From positions 832,001-896,000 of the forward strand of contig CAWANH010000028.1 of assembly GCA_963783375.1 (NCBI GenBank): a stretch of 64,000 nucleotides of DNA, written 5' to 3'. The stretch is from Candidatus Eiseniibacteriota bacterium (GTDB lineage Bacteria > Eisenbacteria > RBG-16-71-46 > JABDJR01). The notes under the pieces are model-generated. The model was not told the DNA's origin and made no database searches. It worked only from the letters and a program-made list of their open reading frames with translations. A program made the translations under genes and the position numbers. Below, piece after piece: positions 20,060 to 28,569 of the stretch (positions are counted from its first letter, which is position 1; every line of letters starts with the position of its first letter).

Positions 20060-23000
20060 ATGAAACACATCATCTCGGTCCTGGCGTTGGCCATCGTCCT
20101 TTCGGCGGTGCCGTCAGCCGTCCGGGCCCAGTTCGTGAACGAGGACGTCTCCGACGCGGCCATGGCGGCGGAGTTCTCGCACAACTACGACGGCACGAGC
20201 ACTCTTGATGCCGTCACCGATATTGCCGGGCCCGGGGTGCGTTTCCAGGCCTCTCCAACGGTGGGGAGCGGGTCGTGGAAGATCGGCATCTCGGACGATT
20301 ATCCCGTCTCGGGGACCTACGGGTTTCCCCAGAACGGGTCCGTTTCCGGCTGGGGCGACTGGTCGGGCTACACCGCCTACCAGCTTCACTTCCTGAACAA
20401 CGGGCCCGGGTGGGTGTACGCCAAGGTGTACTTCAACACCACTTCCTCGGGATATTACAACTCATCCGGCGGGATCTGGATCGCTCCCGGCGACGACGGC
20501 GTGGACACCATCTATCTGGTGGGAATTCCCTATCTGGACCAGATCTCGAACTTCGGCTTCGAGCTCTTCACCAACTACGGCACCGGGGCCTACGAGGCCA
20601 CCAGCTTCGACGTCACCGTGACCGCCGAGCCCATTCCCGCCACGAACGAAGTCTGGGTGGACGGCGCCTGGGCGGGGAGCAACCCGGGGCAGCCGGTGGG
20701 GGCCGGGCCCTACACCTACGGCTACAACGCTTTCGACACCATCCAGGATGGGATCGACAACGTCTCCGGAAGTATCGTGAACGTGGCCCCGGGAACCTAC
20801 GCCGGCGGCATCACCATCACGCATTCCGTCCAGATCCTGGGCTCCGGCGACGGGTCGAACCCCGGGGCCGACACCATCGTGAGCCTCCTGGCCGGGCAGA
20901 CCGGGTTCAACCTCCTGGCCGGAGGGAACTCGGCGGTGGACCGTCTGGAGATACGGGACCTGCGGGTCACCGGCGGAATTCGCGCGATCTACACCGACTC
21001 CGCCGTCGATTACCTGACCTTCGACAACCTCACCCTCACCGGCGCGTCCACCTACGGGATCGAGATCCACAACAGCGCGGTGGTGAATGACGTGGCGATG
21101 ACCGATTGCGACCTGGTCGGAAATGCCACCGCGATGCGGGTGCGCGGCCAGCTAGACGGGCTCGTCATGACCGATGGCCACCTGGACGGGAACACCAACG
21201 GTCTCTACTCGGTGGCGGGCGCTCCCTACATCTTCCGGAACGTCTCGGTGAGCGGCACCACCTTCGACAACAACTCCAACAAGGGTATGTATCTGGAAAT
21301 GCTGAGCGACGCCACGTTCGACGGGATCAGCGTGGCCTCGAGCGGGACCTCGGGGTCCTTCGCCGCGGGCATCGACATCAACCTGAAGGGATCGGCCTAC
21401 CAGAACATCGCCATCACCAACAGCTCGGTGACCGGGTGTGGGACCGGCGACCCGGTGAACGGGGTGGGCATCACGATCAAGGCCCGGGACGACGGATCCT
21501 ATGCGGGCACCCCCGCCACCCTCACCAACGTGGACCTGAGCGGATGCACGATCACCGGCAACCAGAACGGCCTCCGGTTCGGTGAGCCCGGCAAGAACAA
21601 CGCCGGCCCGACGGCCGTAGACGTGCACCAGTGCGACATCACCGGGAATCTGGGCACCGGTCTGGACAACCAGACCCTGGCCACGGATTCCGCGACCTGC
21701 AACTGGTGGGGAACGGTGCTGGGCCCGAACGATCCCCCGGCGAACATCTCCTCCGGGGACGCGGTGGCCGGGACCGTCACTTACTCCCCGTGGCTGGACG
21801 GGTCGATTTCGGGGACGCCGGCGTGCAACCAGACCGGGAACCCGGTGACGCCGGATCCGGAATCGACGTGCCTGACCGCGGCGACCCCCTGCAACACGGT
21901 GAGCTTCGACATCACCCGGACCGACGCGGCCGGGATGCGTGCGTTCAGCGTGACTTTCCAGCTGAGCAGCGAGCTGGAGCTGTGCACGGGAAGCCCGGGA
22001 GACATCGCGGAGGGGACGTACCTGAGCGGGGTCGGCGGAACGAACTTCCAGGTGCTGGACAACACCGGGGGGTCCTACACGGTGGACTGCGCGATCCTGG
22101 GACTTCCCTGCGGGGCGACGGCGGCGACCGGGACGCTGTTCACGGTGAACGTGAAGGCGAGCGGAACGGCGTCGTCGGAGGATACGGGAACCATCACCGT
22201 GACCTCGGTGACGTTCCGGGACTGCTCGAACGCTCCGATTCCCGGAACGGCGGGCGGTGTGGGAACGCTGGACATCGACACGTCGGCGCCGGCGGCGATC
22301 GGCGACCTGGCGGCGGTGCAGGTGAAGACGGGGAACGGCAGCGACGGGACGACGAACATCGATCTGTCCTGGAGCGCGGTGACGGAGCCGGACGCGGACG
22401 TGATCGAAATCTACCGCGCCGGCTATGGCGACTATCCGGAGTACGACGACGGCACGGGTACGGTGCCGGCCACGCCGAGCTATCCGCCGTCGGGGGCGTG
22501 GACGTACGTGGCGACGGTGGCGGCGACCGCCACGAGCTACTCGGATGAGCCGGCGACACGTGACTTCTGGTACTACACGGCGTTCGTGAAGGACCTGTGC
22601 GGGAACGTGTCGGGGGTGTCGAACCAGACGGGTGGGACGCTGAACTACCACCTGGGGGATGTGACGAACGGGTCGGTCAACGGCCAGGGCGACAACCTGG
22701 TCTCGTTGGCCGACATCTCTCACCTGGGCGCCAACTACGGGGCGACCTTGGTGTTCAACGACCCGTTCAACTACCTGGACGTGGGCCCGACGACGGACTA
22801 CAGCGTGGACGCGCGCCCGACCACGGACAATCAGCTCCAGTTCGAGGATCTGATTCTGTTCGCGATCAACTACGGGGCGGTGTCGAAGCCGGGGATGCGT
22901 CCGGCGGGATCGGAGAAGAACGCGGTGTCGCTGGAGATGCCGTCGGAGCTGGGTGGGACGTTCGAGGTGGGGATCGAAGCCTCGTCGGACGGAACGATCC

Positions 23001-23575
23001 AGGGGATGACGCTACCGCTCCGTTGGAACGGGGAGGTGGTGGAGCCGATCGGTTTCACGGAAGGCGAGTTCGCGGGACGTCAGGGGGGCCAGGTGCTGGT
23101 GCTGTCGCCGAAGCCGGGGACGGTGGACGCGGCGGTGTTCGGGTCGACGCTGAGGGGAAGCGGTGAGCTGGCGCGGGTGCGGTTCCACCGGATCGCGGCG
23201 GGGGACCCGGGGATCGGGTTCGGCGCGGTGGAGGCCCGGGACGGCCAGAACAAGAAGGTGGAGCTGGGAACGGCGACGGCGAAGCCGGGAGTGGCGTTGA
23301 CCACGCGGCTCCTGCCGAGCGCTCCGAACCCGTTCCAGGCGTCGACGGGGATCCGGTTCTCGTTGAAGGAGGCGGGCCACGTCCGGGTGGACATCTTCAG
23401 CACCGACGGCCGCTTGGTGCGGACGCTGATGGACGGCGGATTGCCGGCCGGAGAGCGGACGCTGACCTGGGACGGTCGCGACGGCGCCGGCCGGGAAGTG
23501 GCGTCGGGATCGTACGTGATCCGGTTCGTGACGCCGCAGAAGAGTGAATCGCAGCGGATCGTGCGGTTGAGGTAG
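20060..23575 (+). CDS. Large secreted modular protein (CBM-like, beta-helix, cohesin-like, FN3-like, dockerin-like, cohesin-like, FlgD-like CTD)
   Basis: Intact 1171 aa ORF; signal peptide; FDTIQDGID...VAPGTY beta-helix cap; NWWG; DLSW...IYR...YY FN3; PNPF...WDGRD...SGSY CTD. Confidence 0.92.
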   Translation: MKHIISVLALAIVLSAVPSAVRAQFVNEDVSDAAMAAEFSHNYDGTSTLDAVTDIAGPGVRFQASPTVGSGSWKIGISDDYPVSGTYGFPQNGSVSGWGDWSGYTAYQLHFLNNGPGWVYAKVYFNTTSSGYYNSSGGIWIAPGDDGVDTIYLVGIPYLDQISNFGFELFTNYGTGAYEATSFDVTVTAEPIPATNEVWVDGAWAGSNPGQPVGAGPYTYGYNAFDTIQDGIDNVSGSIVNVAPGTYAGGITITHSVQILGSGDGSNPGADTIVSLLAGQTGFNLLAGGNSAVDRLEIRDLRVTGGIRAIYTDSAVDYLTFDNLTLTGASTYGIEIHNSAVVNDVAMTDCDLVGNATAMRVRGQLDGLVMTDGHLDGNTNGLYSVAGAPYIFRNVSVSGTTFDNNSNKGMYLEMLSDATFDGISVASSGTSGSFAAGIDINLKGSAYQNIAITNSSVTGCGTGDPVNGVGITIKARDDGSYAGTPATLTNVDLSGCTITGNQNGLRFGEPGKNNAGPTAVDVHQCDITGNLGTGLDNQTLATDSATCNWWGTVLGPNDPPANISSGDAVAGTVTYSPWLDGSISGTPACNQTGNPVTPDPESTCLTAATPCNTVSFDITRTDAAGMRAFSVTFQLSSELELCTGSPGDIAEGTYLSGVGGTNFQVLDNTGGSYTVDCAILGLPCGATAATGTLFTVNVKASGTASSEDTGTITVTSVTFRDCSNAPIPGTAGGVGTLDIDTSAPAAIGDLAAVQVKTGNGSDGTTNIDLSWSAVTEPDADVIEIYRAGYGDYPEYDDGTGTVPATPSYPPSGAWTYVATVAATATSYSDEPATRDFWYYTAFVKDLCGNVSGVSNQTGGTLNYHLGDVTNGSVNGQGDNLVSLADISHLGANYGATLVFNDPFNYLDVGPTTDYSVDARPTTDNQLQFEDLILFAINYGAVSKPGMRPAGSEKNAVSLEMPSELGGTFEVGIEASSDGTIQGMTLPLRWNGEVVEPIGFTEGEFAGRQGGQVLVLSPKPGTVDAAVFGSTLRGSGELARVRFHRIAAGDPGIGFGAVEARDGQNKKVELGTATAKPGVALTTRLLPSAPNPFQASTGIRFSLKEAGHVRVDIFSTDGRLVRTLMDGGLPAGERTLTWDGRDGAGREVASGSYVIRFVTPQKSESQRIVRLR

Positions 23576-23620
23576 ATAGGAGGGCCCCGGGGCGGATCCG
23601 ATGTGAGACCCGTTCCGGGG
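21839..23620 (+). repeat. About 1.8 kb direct repeat, copy B
   Basis: Matches 17427..19210. Confidence 0.92.
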
Positions 23621-23772
23621 CCGGCCGCCGCCGCGGCGGCAAGGATTCCATCCGGAGGGGACCGTCTCGCCAAATCATGGGTGGCGGTGGAAGTCCTTCC
23701 GGGACGAAGTACTGACCATCCGGAGCGACAGGGGTTGCCCCGGTTTGATGGCCAGGGAGAGGAAGCACCAAG

Positions 23773-24417
23773 ATGAAGACCATACTCATAATCATGGCGG
23801 TCGGTCTGCTCGCGCTCGAGGCGCCGTCGGTCGCGCTGGCCGCCGATGCCAGCTCGGGGATCTCCGATGCGTGCCAGCTCCAGTGGGTCCGGGATCACCG
23901 GGATGGCCCCGGCACCCTCGCCGCGGGGTATCCCGTCCTCGCCTCCCCCGCGGGAGTGCGGTGGGTCGCCGACTCCCCGGGGTCCGGCTCCTGGGAGATC
24001 CAGATCGGGGACGCCTACGATACCCCGACCACCGGGGCGGGGATGTTGAGCTGCTACGGTTTCCCCACGTCGGCGACGCTCCTGGACTGGAGCGGCTATA
24101 CCAGCTTCAGCATGAAGTTCACGAACAACGATCCGGTCAACGGCTTCTCCGTCCAGCTCATCATCAACACCGGGGCGACGGCGAGCGGCGAAGTCAACAA
24201 CCTCTACTCGACCCCGCTGGAAGCGGTGGCTCCCGGGGGGGCGCACTCCCTCACCCTGTCCCTGGCCGGCGTGGCCAACCTGAACCACGTCTCCAACGTC
24301 TCCTTCAAGCTGGTCGCCGACACGGATCAGATCGACGTCAGGGTGGAGCCCGAGTTGCCCCCGGTTCCGACCGAGCCGACGACCTGGGGGGTGCTGAAGA
24401 GCCGGTACACGAACTGA
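23773..24417 (+). CDS. Secreted single CBM-like beta-sandwich protein with TWGxxK tail
   Basis: Signal peptide; domain clearly homologous to N-terminus of 26076..28439 (CQxQWxRDxRDGPG, IQIGDAYDTP, CYGFP, NLNHVSNVS); ends PVPTEPTTWGVLKSRY. Confidence 0.88.
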   Translation: MKTILIIMAVGLLALEAPSVALAADASSGISDACQLQWVRDHRDGPGTLAAGYPVLASPAGVRWVADSPGSGSWEIQIGDAYDTPTTGAGMLSCYGFPTSATLLDWSGYTSFSMKFTNNDPVNGFSVQLIINTGATASGEVNNLYSTPLEAVAPGGAHSLTLSLAGVANLNHVSNVSFKLVADTDQIDVRVEPELPPVPTEPTTWGVLKSRYTN

Positions 24418-24474
24418 TGAAGGCGTCGACGGGCCGTCCGATGGTCCGCTCGAGCCGGAAAGAGGATGGGTGAT

Positions 24475-24504
24475 GGGGACCGGTCCGGCGCCGGACCGGT
24501 CCCC
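24475..24504. repeat. Perfect 30-bp palindrome between cluster genes
   Basis: GGGGACCGGTCCGGCGCCGGACCGGTCCCC; related 12-bp stem TGGGGACCGCGC/GCGCGGTCCCCA at 19223..19252. Confidence 0.85.
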
Positions 24505-24513
24505 CACCGACCC

Positions 24514-25986
24514 ATGACGGAACTGCGGTGCGCCGGCCGGAAGCGGATACCGGTCCGGCCGGCGCCGGTCTTCCTCATTGTGGCCCTGTTGACCGTCCTC
24601 GGGGCCCCCGGCTGGGCCGGGGCCTCGGGCACCGCCGTGGATGTGATCCCGGCGCCGGGCCCGGTGGCCCGTTCGGTGGCGGTGGGGACCTGGCACCTCC
24701 TCACCACGGGGGACTGGGCCTTCCAACCGTCCGAACCCATCACCCACCTGGAGGTGGCGATCTATGACAGCGCCACGACCCTGGAGCGCGGGTCGGGCCC
24801 CTTCCCGTTCTCGACGAGGCGGAATTCCGGACCCGGTGTGGACGGACCGGAGGATGCTTCAGGCGACCTGGGCTGCGAATCCACCCCGGGCGTGCTCTGC
24901 GACAGTAACCAGAAGCTGTTCGGAAAGCCGCACTACGAGTCGTTGCGCCTCTATGGCGGCAGTCTCTCCGCCGGTTCCGGATATTCCCTGGGCTTCAGCG
25001 GGCCGGTTCCCTCCCAGGTCTGGATCCATCCGATGCGACCCGACTACTTCACGATGTCCACCACCGTGCTCCAGAGCGGCGAGGCCAAGCTTCAGACCGC
25101 GGCCTACGGGCCGGCCACGGTCACGCGGGTGCTGAGCGGCTCGGAGACCCGCTTCGTCTACAGCGGTCTCACCGACCAGTCCGCCACCGGGGTCAAGGAC
25201 GACTACCCGGTTCAGAGCTACGGGCAGCGGCCCGGTTCCCACGGTAACGGCGACTTCGGCTGGTTCTCCGGCTACTCGCTCCGGTTCACCAACGAAGGGC
25301 CGGACCCGATCCACGTGAACCTGTTCATGAACACCGGCTTCACCGGGGTGAGCGGAAACCCGACCTCCACCCTGGCCAACGACACCTTCTGGAAGGGGAG
25401 CGAGATCTACCTGACCCCCGGGAATTCGGGTCTGGCCTGGCTGGATTTCGACGACGTCACCGGTTGGACCCTGTCCGACAACCCCGTTCCCCACACCGGA
25501 GGCGGGGAGTCGTGGCCGGAGGGAACCTCGGGGATCGCGATCAACGTGTTCGACCGCCTCCAGGTGAGCGCGATCGGCTGGGAGGTCCGGCTGGCCCGCG
25601 CCGGCACCGGGTCGGCGACCCTCCTGGTCGCCCCGGAGGCCTCCGACCGCTACGCCGTGCCTCCGGTACAGGTCGGGATCGGCGCGGACCTCGGGAGCCG
25701 CGCCCCAGGGTTCTACCCTCCCCGGCCCAACCCCTTTCACACGACGACCCGGATCCCCTTCGCCCTCCCCGGCCCGGCGCCGGCGCGGGCCGTGATCCGG
25801 GTGTTCGACCCGGCGGGACGACTGGTCCGCGTCCTGCTCGACGAAGTGATTTCCCCCGGTCCCGGCTCCGTCTCCTGGGACGGCCGGGGCGACGATGCGA
25901 TGCCGCTTGCCGCGGGGGTCTACTACCTGCGGATGGATGTCACCGGACGTCCCGCGGCGCGCCGCGCGGTGATTCTGCTCGATTGA
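24514..25986 (+). CDS. Secreted protein with CBM-like domain and FlgD-like CTD
   Basis: Signal-like segment, DDYPV...FSGYSLRFTN...NLFMNTG shared with paralogs; PNPF...WDGR...AGVY; start uncertain. Confidence 0.8.
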   Translation: MTELRCAGRKRIPVRPAPVFLIVALLTVLGAPGWAGASGTAVDVIPAPGPVARSVAVGTWHLLTTGDWAFQPSEPITHLEVAIYDSATTLERGSGPFPFSTRRNSGPGVDGPEDASGDLGCESTPGVLCDSNQKLFGKPHYESLRLYGGSLSAGSGYSLGFSGPVPSQVWIHPMRPDYFTMSTTVLQSGEAKLQTAAYGPATVTRVLSGSETRFVYSGLTDQSATGVKDDYPVQSYGQRPGSHGNGDFGWFSGYSLRFTNEGPDPIHVNLFMNTGFTGVSGNPTSTLANDTFWKGSEIYLTPGNSGLAWLDFDDVTGWTLSDNPVPHTGGGESWPEGTSGIAINVFDRLQVSAIGWEVRLARAGTGSATLLVAPEASDRYAVPPVQVGIGADLGSRAPGFYPPRPNPFHTTTRIPFALPGPAPARAVIRVFDPAGRLVRVLLDEVISPGPGSVSWDGRGDDAMPLAAGVYYLRMDVTGRPAARRAVILLD

Positions 25987-26075
25987 CCCAGGGTCCGATC
26001 GCGGGCGCCCGGCTACCCCATGGCCGGGGCGCTTAGGTCGAACTCGTTGCTTCTCACCCGAGAAGGAGTTTGGAA

Positions 26076-28439
26076 ATGAAGAACAAGACCCTTTTCTTCG
26101 TCGGCGTACTTCTGGCCGCGGTATTCGTCGGGTCGGCCCTCGCCGACGACGCGGCCCTGGGAATCGGCGACGGCTGTCAGATGCAGTGGATCCGGGACTT
26201 CCGCGACGGGCCCGGGCTTATTGACGCCGGTTATCCCGTGGACGTTCCCGGTCCCGGCGTGCAGTGGCAGGTGTCCCCTCCCGGCGGAGTCATGTCCGGC
26301 GATTTCTGGGACATCCAGATCGGCGACGCCTACGACACGCCGTCCACCGGGTCCGGGCTCCTGACCTGCTACGGGTTCCCGGTGACCTCGGGGTTCGCGA
26401 ACTGGACCGGGTTCGACACCTACTCCATGACCTTCCACAACAACAGCGCCACCGACTGGTTCATGGCCGACGTGGTCATCAACACCGGATGGACCAATCT
26501 CCCCTACAGCGAGCCGGACAACGCCTACGCGGCTGGATGGACCTGGGTGCCGCCGGGCGAGTCGCGCACCGTGGTCCTGGACCTGGTCGCCGCCTCGGCG
26601 GTGAACCTCAACCACGTCTCCAACGTCTCGATCAAGCTGGGCACCAATTACGGCACCGGGCCCTACGAGGGGACCCACATCGACGTGACCGTGAACCCCC
26701 CCGACAACGTGACCCCCGATCCCAGCGGGCTCTGCATCTCCACCGTGACCCCCTGCGTCACGGTGCCGGTCGATCTCGTCCGTTCGGACGTCAACGACGC
26801 CCGCGGCGCCAGCGTGACCTTCCAGCTCAGCCCGGAGCTGGAGCTCTGTGACTCGACCCCCGCCAACAGCATCCACCAGGGCACCTGGTTGAACGGGTAC
26901 TTTACCCAGTTCCAGGTCGTCGACAACGGGGGCGGCTCCTACACCGTGGACCAGGCCATCTTCGGGATGCCCTGCGGGGTCACGACCGGAGGCCAGCTCT
27001 TCACGGTGGACGTGAAGGCCAGCGGGACGGCGGCGGCCGACGACGAGGGAACCATCACCGTGACCCAGGTCCTGGTCCGGGATTGCGGGAACGCCCCCCT
27101 GCCCGGCGTGCCGGGGAACCCCGCGACGGTGACCATCGACCGGACCGCGCCCACCCCCATCGCCAGCCTGGCCGCGAGCCAGGTCAAGACCGGCAACGAC
27201 ACCGACGGGACGACCAAGATCATGGTGGGCTGGCCGCCGGTGGAAGCCGGGGCCACGGTGGCGGTGTACCGCAAGGGCTTCGGGTTCTACCCCGAGTACG
27301 ACGACAACGGCGGGACGGCGCCCACCGCCCCGGCCACCCCGGCCGCCGCTCCGGGGGCGGGCTGGACGCTGACCCCGGTCACCACGTCGCCTTCGGCCGA
27401 TGAGCCCGCGGTTCGCGATTTCTGGTACTACGTGGCCTTCGTCACCGATGCCTGCGGAAACGTCTCGGGGCCGTCCAACCTCACCGGCGGGACGCTGGAC
27501 TATCACCTGGGCGACGTCAGCAACGGCGCGTCCCCGGGGACCGGGAACAACTCGGTGGGCCTGGAGGACATCTCCATCCTCGGGGCCAACTACGGGATCT
27601 CCCTGGCTTCGAACGATCCCGTCAACTACCTGGACGTGGGACCCACTTCCGACAACAGCGTCGACGGGCTCCCCGACACCGACAACCAGGTGCAGTTCGA
27701 GGACCTGATCCTGTTCGCGATCAACTTCGGCGCGGTCGGAAAGCCGGGGCTCCACGCCGCCGACGCGGGGGTGACCCGCTTGACCCTCTCCGTCTCCGAC
27801 GTTCCCTCCCCGGGATCGTTCTTCGACGCCGTCATCGGGGCCAAGGCGGGTGGAGAAGTTCAGGGGATCTCGGTGCCCTTGCGCTGGAATCCCGAGGTCG
27901 TGGAGCCGGTCTCCTTCGAGGCCGGCGACCTGGCCGATCTCCAGAGCGGCCGCACGCTGGTGCTGTCGCCGAAAGCCGGGACGGTCGACGCCGCGGTGTT
28001 CGGGGGAACCTTCCGCGGCGAGGGCGCTCTGGCCTCGGTTCGCTTCCGGGTGAAGGCCCCCGGCGACCCGGGCATCGCCTTCGGGGACGTCCTGGCCCGG
28101 GATCCCGCCAACCGGCCGGTGGAAGTTGCGCTGGGACGGGGGGGCATGGACGTCGTGCCGGCGGGGACCCGCCTCCTCCCCGCCTCTCCCAACCCGTTCC
28201 TCGGCGCGGTGGGGATCCGCTTCGCCCTGGCCGAGGACGCTCCGGTGCGGGTGGACGTTTACGCCTTGGACGGCCGCCTGGTCCGCCGGTTGGTGGATGC
28301 GCGACTCCCCGCCGGGGAGCGGACCGTGAACTGGGACGGCCGGGACGGATCGGGCCGGGCGACCGCGTCCGGGTCCTATCTGATCCGGTTCAGCACTCCC
28401 GGGACCGTTCAGACCCAGAAGGTGATTCGCATGAGATAA
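26076..28439 (+). CDS. Secreted scaffold-like protein (CBM-like, cohesin-like, FN3-like, dockerin-like, cohesin-like, FlgD-like CTD)
   Basis: AAGGAG SD; diverged third copy of the constant module; no beta-helix. Confidence 0.92.
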   Translation: MKNKTLFFVGVLLAAVFVGSALADDAALGIGDGCQMQWIRDFRDGPGLIDAGYPVDVPGPGVQWQVSPPGGVMSGDFWDIQIGDAYDTPSTGSGLLTCYGFPVTSGFANWTGFDTYSMTFHNNSATDWFMADVVINTGWTNLPYSEPDNAYAAGWTWVPPGESRTVVLDLVAASAVNLNHVSNVSIKLGTNYGTGPYEGTHIDVTVNPPDNVTPDPSGLCISTVTPCVTVPVDLVRSDVNDARGASVTFQLSPELELCDSTPANSIHQGTWLNGYFTQFQVVDNGGGSYTVDQAIFGMPCGVTTGGQLFTVDVKASGTAAADDEGTITVTQVLVRDCGNAPLPGVPGNPATVTIDRTAPTPIASLAASQVKTGNDTDGTTKIMVGWPPVEAGATVAVYRKGFGFYPEYDDNGGTAPTAPATPAAAPGAGWTLTPVTTSPSADEPAVRDFWYYVAFVTDACGNVSGPSNLTGGTLDYHLGDVSNGASPGTGNNSVGLEDISILGANYGISLASNDPVNYLDVGPTSDNSVDGLPDTDNQVQFEDLILFAINFGAVGKPGLHAADAGVTRLTLSVSDVPSPGSFFDAVIGAKAGGEVQGISVPLRWNPEVVEPVSFEAGDLADLQSGRTLVLSPKAGTVDAAVFGGTFRGEGALASVRFRVKAPGDPGIAFGDVLARDPANRPVEVALGRGGMDVVPAGTRLLPASPNPFLGAVGIRFALAEDAPVRVDVYALDGRLVRRLVDARLPAGERTVNWDGRDGSGRATASGSYLIRFSTPGTVQTQKVIRMR

Positions 28440-28569
28440 TCTTCATCTGGGATTCGAGGGGGCGGGATCCGGCGGCGGATCCCGCTCTCCCGGGACCCGT
28501 TCCCCTCGGAAGGCCGGCGGAGGCCTCGGACGGCCGGTCCCGCGACCGGCTCCGGAAAGGATCTGCACC

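Noticed and set aside
17427-23620. Diversity-generating retroelement or CRISPR explanation of the repeats
   Set aside because: No reverse transcriptase or cas genes in the window, differences are not adenine-specific by eye, and there is no repeat-spacer periodicity
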